From sequence record NC_025447.1: a stretch of 64,000 nucleotides of DNA; one strand, given 5' to 3'. Each line of letters starts with the position of its first letter. Positions within the stretch are counted from its first letter, which is position 1. The position numbers and the translations under genes were made by a program. The notes beneath the pieces are model-generated. The model was not told the DNA's origin. It did not search any database and saw only the letters and a program-made list of their open reading frames with translations. Below are positions 17,544 to 25,997 of the stretch, piece by piece.

Positions 17544-18026
17544 ATGGCTAATGTAAAATCATTTCTGAAAGCACTGATTTCTAACGATACTGTCATTGCT
17601 GCTGAATTGCTGGCTGACCTGGATAATGATACCATGAAAGCAGTACGCAACAATTTTAACATTGCTTACAGTGAAGCGAAAGAACTACAAGCCAAAAAGG
17701 TAGCAGAACTGGAAGAACAGAAAAAAGCCCGTGAAGCAGAACTGCAAGCAACAATAGAAAGTATTCAGGCGGCGGTGTCTGGTTTAGATCTGGAAGTGGT
17801 TATTGAAATGGCACATAAAGCCCTGGCGGTTAAGTACGGTGAAGATAAGCCGGAATCTAAGCCTAAAAAATGGATTCAAGAACGTGTTACGGTTGTCCTT
17901 GATAACGGGGAAGAACATTTGATTCCTGTACGCGGTAACTGCATTGCGGTAGTACTGGATGCTATCAAAGAAAGCGGTATGACTCGCGAGGAATGGATCG
18001 AATCTCACCGCAAAATTGAAGCATAA
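17544..18026 (+). CDS. H-NS/StpA-like protein with divergent DNA-binding motif
   Basis: Start corrected to MANVKS. Charged coiled-coil N-half; C-terminus VVLDNGEEHLIPVRGNCIAVVLDAIKESGMTREEWI aligns by eye with H-NS [36 protein letters not shown]. Confidence 0.6.
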   Translation: MANVKSFLKALISNDTVIAAELLADLDNDTMKAVRNNFNIAYSEAKELQAKKVAELEEQKKAREAELQATIESIQAAVSGLDLEVVIEMAHKALAVKYGEDKPESKPKKWIQERVTVVLDNGEEHLIPVRGNCIAVVLDAIKESGMTREEWIESHRKIEA

Positions 18027-18047
18027 CATTTAAAGTACTGAATCACT

Positions 18048-18073
18048 AGCCCACTTATACAGTGGGCTTTTTT
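18048..18073 (+). terminator. Intrinsic terminator
   Basis: AGCCCACT-TATAC-AGTGGGCT-TTTTT. Confidence 0.85.
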
Positions 18074-18300
18074 GTGTCTATAGTATTCCATGCCGTCAGC
18101 ACCTCATAGAATCGATTCTAACGCATTAAACTGATTATCTGATGCATCGCCCTAGCTGGTGGAGTTAAGGCCGTTAGAATGCGATTGAGAGCGTTTAAAG
18201 TATTTTGCAAAAAGTAATAAAAAGTACTTGCACGATTCAGAGATTAGCGTATAATGTTTTACATCAAGGCGAAACACCTTAACTAACTGAGGATATAAAG

Positions 18301-18453
18301 ATGAATACTTATGAACTGGATTGTTTCACGTTACAAGTAATGTCAGTATGCAGCAAGAAAGATTGGTCATCAAAGGAATTTAAAGCAGTTATTGCGTGTG
18401 CAAAACACGGCAAGACTATCAATGAAACGGCATCAATCATTGATAAACTTTAA
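18301..18453 (+). CDS. Small early protein (50 aa, not in track)
   Basis: GAGGA RBS, own promoter; MNTYELDCF...; resembles 22156-22299. Confidence 0.65.
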   Translation: MNTYELDCFTLQVMSVCSKKDWSSKEFKAVIACAKHGKTINETASIIDKL

Positions 18454-18522
18454 AAAATAGTTTGACAATAGTTTTAAGTACTGTATAATATTTTACATCA
18501 ACTACTGAGAAGGATTTAAAAA

Positions 18523-18750
18523 ATGGCTATCATCATCACTTACGTATCTGGCACTACTGGCACTTCTAGCACTGTTGCAGTACTGACCAACAAGAAAGGT
18601 GCGGAACTTCATTCTGCAATGAATACCTGGGCGGTGAATGAGTTCGGTCAGTGGGCTAGTGTAGAATACATTGAAACCTATCAAGTGCCGTCTATTAGCT
18701 TAACTGATTTAGGTGTAGATCGTATCCTTTGCCTGGATGAATTAAACTAA
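18523..18750 (+). CDS. Early hypothetical protein
   Basis: AAGGA RBS, own promoter. Confidence 0.75.
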   Translation: MAIIITYVSGTTGTSSTVAVLTNKKGAELHSAMNTWAVNEFGQWASVEYIETYQVPSISLTDLGVDRILCLDELN

Positions 18751-18835
18751 AAAGTACTTGCAAAGTAAATCGGATAAAGTATAATACATTACATCAAGGG
18801 GAGAAATGATTCTCCCCACTAAGAGGAAACTAAAA

Positions 18836-18979
18836 ATGAAAACTTGTCAATGTGGTAAAAAATCTATCACTGGTTTGAAACGGGGCGTTGCTCTTTGTCA
18901 GTATCACTATAACGCTCAAGTATGGGGTAAAGAGTGGGCAGACCAGGTGGAAGCTGTAAAGAAAGCAAAAAGTAAGTAA
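18836..18979 (+). CDS. Small early Cys-containing protein (47 aa, not in track)
   Basis: GAGGA RBS, own cassette; MKTCQCGKK...LCQYH. Confidence 0.65.
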   Translation: MKTCQCGKKSITGLKRGVALCQYHYNAQVWGKEWADQVEAVKKAKSK

Positions 18980-19060
18980 AATTATTATCACAGTACTATT
19001 GACATAGTTTGATAGTACTGGCATAATAGATTTTATCAAGACAACTAAGAGGAAACAATA

Positions 19061-19273
19061 ATGGCTATCATTACTAAAATCAAAGTTAACAAATCACTGG
19101 TTAAACTTGAACAAGTGAAAGCAGGTTATAAAGTATCGTGGTGCGGTATGTATCGGATGTTCACCGATATAGACAATGCAATCAAGTACTACACTGACAC
19201 CGTTGCCTCATTCGTTCGTTCTGATGTAGTACTGGCAGTACATGCACATAAAGCAGCGAAAGAAAGTAAGTAA
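19061..19273 (+). CDS. Early hypothetical protein, similar to 21877-22056
   Basis: GAGGA RBS; MAII start and Y.VS.....(F/Y)...D.A...Y pattern shared. Confidence 0.75.
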   Translation: MAIITKIKVNKSLVKLEQVKAGYKVSWCGMYRMFTDIDNAIKYYTDTVASFVRSDVVLAVHAHKAAKESK

Positions 19274-19364
19274 AAATATTATCACAGTACTATTGATATA
19301 GTTTGATAGTACTGGCATAATAGATTTTATCAAGACAACACATATTAATTTAAGGAATACTAAA

Positions 19365-19688
19365 ATGGCTAAAACTATCATCAACACCGTTTCCCTGGCT
19401 GCAATCCGTGCAATCAATGTTGACGGTAAACGTTGGACTGATTCATATGGCAATACTTATCATTCTTGTCATGTAAGCGTCGAACTGGATAACGGTTTGA
19501 ATGATCTGGCGGTTGAATCATTTACTTATGGCTATGAAGATGCATATCAACAAACGGCGTTATCTCTCTTAAAGGAATCAGTAGACGGGCTTAATACTGA
19601 TGAAACCTCCCTTACTCGTTTGTGCAATGATCTTAATATCCCGTTGCATTGTACTGTACAGAATGTTAAACGCAAAAAAGATCTTTAA
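19365..19688 (+). CDS. Early hypothetical protein, paralog of 25575-25898
   Basis: RWTDS(Y/H)GNTYHSC, FTYGY and VKRKKD shared. Confidence 0.8.
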   Translation: MAKTIINTVSLAAIRAINVDGKRWTDSYGNTYHSCHVSVELDNGLNDLAVESFTYGYEDAYQQTALSLLKESVDGLNTDETSLTRLCNDLNIPLHCTVQNVKRKKDL

Positions 19689-19768
19689 TTAGCTTTACTT
19701 TATGCAGATACTTTTATATAGTGTCTGCATAGGGGAAAGAAATTAAATTAACTTAAGAGGATCGTATA

Positions 19769-20038
19769 ATGAAAAATATCAGTACTTTAATCGATGCAGG
19801 TACACATGTTCGTCGGTCAATGGTTGCAACCAGTACTACAAAACAAGTAGCAAGCGGTTATCTTGTATTTGTACACGAAGGAAAGCTATTGGAACGTTCA
19901 ATCAATTTTGATGTTAAAAACAATTGCCGTTTTATTATTTTTAAGCGTGAACAATATAAAATTGATTTGCCAGCAAAGCCCATAAGCGGGGCGTACAACG
20001 TGCAATCATTGTTTGAGCGTCAACCATACACCTATTAA
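19769..20038 (+). CDS. Early hypothetical protein
   Basis: GAGGA RBS. Confidence 0.7.
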   Translation: MKNISTLIDAGTHVRRSMVATSTTKQVASGYLVFVHEGKLLERSINFDVKNNCRFIIFKREQYKIDLPAKPISGAYNVQSLFERQPYTY

Positions 20039-20089
20039 TCAAAACATCGTTAGCGGTCGATTTAGGCCGCTTATATTGGGGATTATACC

Positions 20090-20260
20090 ATGAACGTTAA
20101 TCAAGTACTGAATGAAGTTGAAAGCATCATTAAACCAATGAAACGTATTGATGCTGTTCCTACACCGGAAGAATGCCGCCTTTATGAGCGTTACAGTGTG
20201 GAACAAGCCCAGGAAATGGCCCGTATCCGTCCGGTTGCCAGTACTGATAAGGCGGCGTAA
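20090..20260 (+). CDS. Small hypothetical protein (56 aa, not in track)
   Basis: GGGGA RBS; MNVNQVLNEV... Confidence 0.6.
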   Translation: MNVNQVLNEVESIIKPMKRIDAVPTPEECRLYERYSVEQAQEMARIRPVASTDKAA

Positions 20261-20261
20261 T

Positions 20262-20471
20262 ATGCTTACTGTACAGGATAAGATCGACATCTTAAAGGTT
20301 AATATGTATGTGATTGATGCAGATCCTGAAAAAGTATTTGCATACGATGATTCTAATCGTAGTCCTTTTTATTGTAGTCATGTAGTTGGATACGTGCCGT
20401 TAGGGTATGTTATCGAAAGAGTGGTTGATGAAGCATACAAACATTTTTTAGAAAATAATACTTGCAATTAG
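20262..20471 (+). CDS. Early hypothetical protein
   Basis: Start corrected to MLTVQD, directly after upstream stop. Confidence 0.6.
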   Translation: MLTVQDKIDILKVNMYVIDADPEKVFAYDDSNRSPFYCSHVVGYVPLGYVIERVVDEAYKHFLENNTCN

Positions 20472-20538
20472 TTTTCAGTACTGTATAATTGTTTACATAG
20501 AGGGGGGAATGGTTCTCCCCGATACTAGGAGAATCAAA

Positions 20539-20691
20539 ATGAAACAATACAACGCTCGGTTTGATGTTACTATCGGCAACGGCAAAGGTCAATTTTCTTT
20601 CAGTACTCGTAGGAGTTATACAGAAAACTTCCTGCGTAATTGTGCACTGACCGCCGCACAAATTAAACATTACTTTCAGGCTAAAAAATGA
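20539..20691 (+). CDS. Small early protein
   Basis: Start corrected to MKQYN after AGGAG. Confidence 0.7.
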   Translation: MKQYNARFDVTIGNGKGQFSFSTRRSYTENFLRNCALTAAQIKHYFQAKK

Positions 20692-20777
20692 AATCATTGG
20701 CTTATTACAGTTCGGCCCTGGTCGGTGCATTGATCGCGGCATTGTTAGTAACTTATCTATTCTTTATGGTGATTTAA
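20688..20777 (+). CDS. 29 aa single-TM peptide
   Basis: ATGA overlap; SALVGALIAALLVTYLFFMVI. Confidence 0.5.
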   Translation: MKSLAYYSSALVGALIAALLVTYLFFMVI

Positions 20778-20915
20778 ATGAATCCTAACGGTTTAATTTA
20801 CAGTACTCCTAAAACGAAAGCAGATAAAGCGAAAGCACGTAAAGCGAAAGTAAAGCAGTACATCAAGCAAGGCATGACACGCAAAGCGGCATTGCTTAAA
20901 GCTAAAAATAAATGA
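20778..20915 (+). CDS. 45 aa Lys/Ala-rich basic peptide
   Basis: GGTGA RBS; MNPNGLIYSTPKTKADKAKARKAKVKQYIKQGMTRKAALLKAKNK. Confidence 0.55.
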   Translation: MNPNGLIYSTPKTKADKAKARKAKVKQYIKQGMTRKAALLKAKNK

Positions 20916-21005
20916 AAAAAGTGGTTGACTTCGGTCAGCCATTTTGCTATTATATATTCATTGAGAGATAGCTCACTAGCCCACAGGGTGCAGGAGTGTA
21001 TCTAT
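20914..21005 (+). ncRNA. Terminator-overlapped promoter plus two-hairpin motif (copy f)
   Basis: GTGGTTGAC-TTCG-GTCAGCCAT-TTT; TTGACT-17-TATTAT; TGAG-AGATAG-CTCA; CTAGCCCACAGGGTGC. Confidence 0.5.
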
Positions 21006-21138
21006 TGTATAATGATTGAGTACTGAAAACTATTTTAAAGTATTTGATAAAAAGTACTTGCAAACTATCTCAATGAGCGTATAATGTTTTATATCGCAAG
21101 GGGAAACGGTTTCCTCTCCAAATAAAAGGAATACCAAA

Positions 21139-21477
21139 ATGATCTCTATCGCTCAATCTAACTTTGAAAACGAAATCATCGCTCAGGCACTGCGTTTAAA
21201 TGATGGTCGGGCCGAAATCAATTACGGTTTCAATAGTGGTGGATGTGAAAAATATCAGTACTTTGTAACGGCTGATGGCTGTGTCCTGGGTATCAATACA
21301 GTTATTGTAAACATTCAGAAAATTAATTTCAATGATCCAGACGATAGCCAGTTTTACATCACGGGCGTAGACGTGAACTATGAGGATGACTCACTAACTG
21401 ATGATCACACTGGCGAGAAGTTAGAAAGTGCATACGGTGAAGATGATTATCAGTCAGTACCAGAAGATTTTGAATAA
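21139..21477 (+). CDS. Early acidic hypothetical protein
   Basis: AAGGA RBS, own cassette. Confidence 0.75.
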   Translation: MISIAQSNFENEIIAQALRLNDGRAEINYGFNSGGCEKYQYFVTADGCVLGINTVIVNIQKINFNDPDDSQFYITGVDVNYEDDSLTDDHTGEKLESAYGEDDYQSVPEDFE

Positions 21478-21572
21478 TATTAAAAAATAGTTTGACAATA
21501 GTTTTTAGTACTGTATAATTAATTACATCAAGGGGAGAATAGTTCTCCCCACTAACAGAGAGAGAAAACAAA

Positions 21573-21785
21573 ATGGCTAATATCCGCACTGTACTGAAAA
21601 ATGCAAAACAAGTTTTATTTTCTGATCATGAAAATTTCAACAAGGATATCACTGGCGTTCGGAATATCAAAGATGTAAAAAATGTTATGGGTATCTATTG
21701 CAATATGAAACGTGTTGGCACGTTCGGCGATAAAGTACTATACCAGGCAGGGGATTACAATTTTACACTGACTATCATTAACTAA
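21573..21785 (+). CDS. Early hypothetical protein
   Basis: Own cassette. Confidence 0.7.
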   Translation: MANIRTVLKNAKQVLFSDHENFNKDITGVRNIKDVKNVMGIYCNMKRVGTFGDKVLYQAGDYNFTLTIIN

Positions 21786-21876
21786 AAATATTATCACAGT
21801 ACTATTGACAACGTTTGATAGTACTGGCATAATAACTTTTATCAAGACAACGCATATTAATTTAAGGAATACTAAA

Positions 21877-22056
21877 ATGGCTATTATCGCAAAAACTGAA
21901 ATCATCGGCCTGGATTCTATCATCATGACGTTTGAAGATCAAAAAGGGATGTATGTAGTTTCCTATGGTGATTATGTTCGGGAGTATGAAACAGTAGACG
22001 AAGCCTTTGAAAGTTACATTCGCCAGGTTAATAAAGCATACGACGATTACCGCTAA
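21877..22056 (+). CDS. Early hypothetical protein
   Basis: Start corrected to MAIIAK after TAAGGA. Confidence 0.7.
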   Translation: MAIIAKTEIIGLDSIIMTFEDQKGMYVVSYGDYVREYETVDEAFESYIRQVNKAYDDYR

Positions 22057-22155
22057 AATATATTACCAGTACTATTAAATCTATTGACAATGTTTGATAG
22101 TACTGTATAATAAGTTTTATAAACAGTAGTTAACTTAACCTAAGAGAGAAAAATC

Positions 22156-22299
22156 ATGACAGCATTAGATTCATTCATCGACGCAGTACTGGCAAAAACT
22201 GGCGAGGATCTGACCGCAGAACAATACGCGATGATCGAACAATGTCAGCAAGACGGTAAATCGGTGAAAGATACTGTTAAGATTATCCGCAAGATGTAA
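22156..22299 (+). CDS. Small early protein (47 aa, not in track)
   Basis: Own promoter; MTALDSFIDAVL...GKSVKDTVKIIRKM; followed by AGCCCAC..GTGGGCT hairpin. Confidence 0.65.
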   Translation: MTALDSFIDAVLAKTGEDLTAEQYAMIEQCQQDGKSVKDTVKIIRKM

Positions 22300-22404
22300 G
22301 ATTATAGCCCACTGGTTAACGCTGGTGGGCTTTAATCATTTACCCTATACAATGCCAGTACTAAACCGTTTAACTCGTTAGAATGCGTTACAGGACGTTT
22401 AACA

Positions 22405-22602
22405 ATGATTAGCATGAAATCAGTACAAAAACAAATAGAAACATTATCAAAAATTAAACGTAAACAGTACTCATTAGAATATACAATCAATGGTAACTAT
22501 CATCTAATGAAAGAAAATAATTTTATAGTCATTGATGAATCATTGCAGATCATTAGTATAGTACTGAAAGCATTAATCAATGACAGAAAAAAGTTAAAAT
22601 AA
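22405..22602 (+). CDS. Hypothetical protein
   Basis: 65 aa ORF, weak RBS. Confidence 0.5.
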   Translation: MISMKSVQKQIETLSKIKRKQYSLEYTINGNYHLMKENNFIVIDESLQIISIVLKALINDRKKLK

Positions 22603-22606
22603 TCTA

Positions 22607-22690
22607 TTGACAATATTATCCAGTACTGGCATAATACTTACATCAAGACGAGAACGTCACTAACCCATAGGGTGCACAAATGTAACTATA
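22607..22690 (+). ncRNA. Gene-less promoter unit with two-hairpin motif (copy g)
   Basis: TTGACA-17-CATAAT; GAC-GAGAAC-GTC-ACTAACCCATAGGGTGC. Confidence 0.5.
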
Positions 22691-22785
22691 TAATATCGAT
22701 CAATAAATGATCAAAAAAGTACTGGATCAATTTAGCATAAGGCGTATAATTCTGATCAAATCTTGATCAAAGGCAATAAACGTAG

Positions 22786-22932
22786 TTGAAATTATATAGA
22801 AAGTACAAAGGCGTTACCATTCGTGGTAATGCTGGGGAATATGTAGTATCATACGGTTTGAATAAAATCAGTACTAGTAGTATTATTGTAGCATTACAGT
22901 ACTATAGTATTTTTATAATGAGGTTAAAATAA
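22786..22932 (+). CDS. Possible 48 aa protein (TTG start)
   Basis: YVVSYG shared with 21877; stop overlaps next ATG (TAATG). Confidence 0.4.
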   Translation: MKLYRKYKGVTIRGNAGEYVVSYGLNKISTSSIIVALQYYSIFIMRLK

Positions 22933-23189
22933 TGGCTGTTGGATTCGCGAAGGACGGGGCCGAGCAAGACGAGATTAACGCAGTGATTCAGGCCGCTGTA
23001 AACCACGCTAGAACGCAAATTAACGCACAAATAGAATCACTGATACATTGCCTCGACTGCGGCGATAAAATCCCTGAGAATCGCCGCCTGGCCGTTAAGG
23101 GGTGTAAGTACTGCATCACTTGCCAGGCTGATCATGATAGCATATTCAAACGCAATCCCCGTAATTGTTGGCATAGATCTATGAGATAA
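22932..23189 (+). CDS. DksA/TraR C4 zinc-finger protein, YbiI-like
   Basis: CLDCGDKIPENRRLAVKGCKYCITCQ; N-terminus MAVGFAKDGA..DEIN resembles E. coli YbiI MASGWANDDA..EQIN. Confidence 0.85.
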   Translation: MAVGFAKDGAEQDEINAVIQAAVNHARTQINAQIESLIHCLDCGDKIPENRRLAVKGCKYCITCQADHDSIFKRNPRNCWHRSMR

Positions 23190-23252
23190 AAAGTATTGAC
23201 AGTACTGTTAGTTAGTGTATAATATTTTATATCTTAACTGAGGATTGAAATC

Positions 23253-23609
23253 ATGGGTATACAACATATCACGCGTACTACAGACAATGGTGAGATCACT
23301 GGCTATCAAGTACAAGGCAAAGTAGCACAATTGCAGTACTGGTTTGTTAAACGTGGCATTGTTGCACCGGATCTTGATTATGATCGTGTAGCGTTTATTG
23401 ATTCTCTTTATGTTGATCCCGATAATCGCGGTAACGGTGAAGGTACTGAGTTAATGAATGCCTTTATTGATGCCGCCGATGATTCAGATTGTATCATCTT
23501 AGAATGCGATACTGGAGAAGATAACGAGTTTAATCTTAAAGAATGGTATGAAGGTTTTGGATTTGAAGTACTGATTAACTGCGAATATCCTATAATGATT
23601 TTATCCTAG
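23253..23609 (+). CDS. GNAT-family N-acetyltransferase
   Basis: Motif A IDSLYVDPDNRGNGEGTELM; motif B LKEWYEGFGF. Confidence 0.8.
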   Translation: MGIQHITRTTDNGEITGYQVQGKVAQLQYWFVKRGIVAPDLDYDRVAFIDSLYVDPDNRGNGEGTELMNAFIDAADDSDCIILECDTGEDNEFNLKEWYEGFGFEVLINCEYPIMILS

Positions 23610-23688
23610 TACTTGCAATTAGTTTTAAGTACTGTATAATAGTTTACATGAAGGGGAGAATAGTTCTCCCCACTACAAGGAAAGACAA

Positions 23689-23877
23689 ATGCAAAACTTA
23701 TCAAGTATTTTAGTACAAGATGATTTCGGTAATCCTGGAAGTGCTATCATCGTTCGGGGCAATAAGGCAACGTTTGTTATTGCTGGTGGACCTGTACAGC
23801 GTAGCATTAAAAACAATGCAGTTACAATCAATAATGTTCGCTATCGCTTAGATAAAGAATTGATTCATAAACTTTAA
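23689..23877 (+). CDS. Early hypothetical protein
   Basis: Own cassette, AAGGA RBS. Confidence 0.7.
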   Translation: MQNLSSILVQDDFGNPGSAIIVRGNKATFVIAGGPVQRSIKNNAVTINNVRYRLDKELIHKL

Positions 23878-23962
23878 AAAAGTATTTGACAAAGCATTGT
23901 AGTACTGTATAATAGTTTACATGAAGGGGAGAAATGATTCTCCCCACTAAGAGGAAAGAAAC

Positions 23963-24175
23963 ATGCAAGGTCAACTAATCGTTCGTAAATGGTCTGATAC
24001 TAACGAAAAACCGTGGGATGTTCAATATATCGGACCGGACGGTGTTTCACGTTATCAACCTGGCGTAACGCATAGTACTGAGCAATATGCCGCCGCTCAC
24101 CGCGAACGCCTGTTAGAATCTATGAAACAGGGATTCTGTGAAAAATTCATTCAAGATCATTGGCTGAAAGATTAA
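23963..24175 (+). CDS. Early hypothetical protein
   Basis: Own cassette, GAGGA RBS. Confidence 0.75.
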   Translation: MQGQLIVRKWSDTNEKPWDVQYIGPDGVSRYQPGVTHSTEQYAAAHRERLLESMKQGFCEKFIQDHWLKD

Positions 24176-24194
24176 TATATAAGGAGTACAGCTT

Positions 24195-24287
24195 ATGCAA
24201 ATGAATCCGATGATTGTTGTGTTAGCTGTACTTATGATCATTCATGCCATCGTAGAAGTACTAACACAATCAGGAGTAATACAATGA
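24195..24287 (+). CDS. 30 aa hydrophobic peptide
   Basis: AAGGAG RBS; MIVVLAVLMIIHAIVEVL. Confidence 0.55.
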   Translation: MQMNPMIVVLAVLMIIHAIVEVLTQSGVIQ

Positions 24288-24454
24288 TCCAAGTAGAATT
24301 ATCAGTACTGAAAGATCTGTTTTATCGGTTAGGCACTACTGGCGAATACCCTAAAGGGGATACTGCTAAACTATACATTGCATTGGATGTATGGCAACGT
24401 AATGAACTGGCTAACGCCTGGCGTAAAGGTAAATCAGAGGGGATTGCAGCATGA
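24284..24454 (+). CDS. Small hypothetical protein (56 aa)
   Basis: AGGAG RBS, ATGA overlap. Confidence 0.6.
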   Translation: MIQVELSVLKDLFYRLGTTGEYPKGDTAKLYIALDVWQRNELANAWRKGKSEGIAA

Positions 24455-24600
24455 AAGAATTTTTATTCGAAGTAGTGTTCCAGGGCGTAGGAAGTAACCA
24501 ACTGATTCGATCAAGTGGTTACAATGTTAACCAGGCATGGAATAACATTAAACAAATGTACCCGAACGCTATCACATATCGCAACCCAAAACAAGTTTAA
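24451..24600 (+). CDS. Small hypothetical protein (49 aa)
   Basis: GAGG RBS, ATGA overlap. Confidence 0.55.
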   Translation: MKEFLFEVVFQGVGSNQLIRSSGYNVNQAWNNIKQMYPNAITYRNPKQV

Positions 24601-24609
24601 AAAGAATAA

Positions 24610-24700
24610 AAAAAGGGATTGACTCCGGTCAGTCCCTTTGCTATTATATACGCATAGACAAAAACTAGCCCACAGGGTGCATAAATGTATCTATTATATG
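24610..24700 (+). ncRNA. Terminator-overlapped promoter plus motif (copy h)
   Basis: AAAGGGATTGAC-TCCG-GTCAGTCCCTTT; TTGACT-17-TATTAT; CTAGCCCACAGGGTGC. Confidence 0.5.
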
Positions 24701-24782
24701 CTGGTGGCTAGTACTATCAAGTACTGAAAACTATTTTTAAAAAGTACTTGCATTGTACTTAGAATCAAGTATAATGTTTTAC

Positions 24783-24855
24783 ATCAGGACGGGGAACGAA
24801 ACAAGTAACCCCGTTAAGTAGTCCAGGAGTAAGACATACGAAAACCTCCCCTGAT
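24783..24855 (+). ncRNA. Candidate three-way-junction RNA (copy 2)
   Basis: Near-identical to 14811-14885; variable arm keeps ACGGGG/CCCCGT pairing. Confidence 0.5.
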
Positions 24856-24921
24856 AAAATAGTTTGACAATAGAAATTAAACAAGTATAATACTTACATC
24901 AACCACAAAGAGGAATACAAA

Positions 24922-25122
24922 ATGAAACATTTTACTTTCGGTGTAGTAGGCTTTACAGTATCCAGCGGCGTTTATAAATCAGAACGCGGTGCTAAAAATG
25001 CAGCAAGTCGGGCGTATGGTTCACAGCGTGACTTACAGGTCGGTTATATTAGTAACATTAATAACATGTTTATTCCTGTTTCACAGCGTAAAGCGGGTAA
25101 CATGAAATGGGAAACAATTTGA
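24922..25122 (+). CDS. Early hypothetical protein
   Basis: GAGGA RBS, own promoter. Confidence 0.75.
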   Translation: MKHFTFGVVGFTVSSGVYKSERGAKNAASRAYGSQRDLQVGYISNINNMFIPVSQRKAGNMKWETI

Positions 25123-25211
25123 TAAAATAGTTTGACAATAGTTTTTAGTACTGTATAATATTTTACATCAAGTGGGGAATAGTTCCCCACCTAACAAAGA
25201 GAGAAATTAAA

Positions 25212-25487
25212 ATGCGGATTCTACTGACAGCTAACGAAATCGAGCAAGTACTGACTACTAACCTGGAAGACTGGAAACGTGATGCAGATATCCAGGCGGT
25301 GCAATGGCTCAATGATAAGTTAACGCCGGATGATTTAAGTAAGATTGTAGATCCACAATTCTATGAAGATATTCACGACACGGCTTTAAGCGTCGAGGAT
25401 GTACTTGATAAGCACTACATTGATATTGATTTGCAGGTTTACGGTCGTAAAAACTTTATCACTATTCACGACATTTATAATAATTAA
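25212..25487 (+). CDS. Early hypothetical acidic protein
   Basis: Own cassette. Confidence 0.7.
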   Translation: MRILLTANEIEQVLTTNLEDWKRDADIQAVQWLNDKLTPDDLSKIVDPQFYEDIHDTALSVEDVLDKHYIDIDLQVYGRKNFITIHDIYNN

Positions 25488-25574
25488 GTATTGACAAAGT
25501 ATCTTAGTACTGTATAATAGTTTACATCAAGGCAGGGGAATGGTTCCCCTCCTAACTAAAAGAGAGAAATTAAA

Positions 25575-25898
25575 ATGACTATGATCCTTACCCAGAAAGT
25601 AGAAATGAAAATTGTAACTTCCTTTGACATTAAAGTCAATCGGTGGACTGATAGCCACGGCAATACTTACCACTCATGCTACGTGTCTGCATTGATTGGT
25701 GACCGCTGGGAAGACCTGGGACATGAAACCTTTACTTACGGTTACGGTACACAAGGCGAATACACGGGCTTGGAGATCATTAAAGAAACTGTAATAGGTT
25801 TCAACCCGAAAGAGAAAGTACTACACAGAATTGAGGATGAGATCAACAAAGAAATTACAGTTCGTTACTACGATGTAAAACGTAAGAAAGATATGTAA
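25575..25898 (+). CDS. Early hypothetical protein, paralog of 19365-19688
   Basis: WTDSHGNTYHSC motif. Confidence 0.8.
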   Translation: MTMILTQKVEMKIVTSFDIKVNRWTDSHGNTYHSCYVSALIGDRWEDLGHETFTYGYGTQGEYTGLEIIKETVIGFNPKEKVLHRIEDEINKEITVRYYDVKRKKDM

Positions 25899-25997
25899 TA
25901 GAATCCATTTAAAGTACTATTTGACATTGCCCAGATAGTACTTTATAATAGACTCTAACTTGTAGTACTAATTAACTTAACTAATAGGATGTACACC

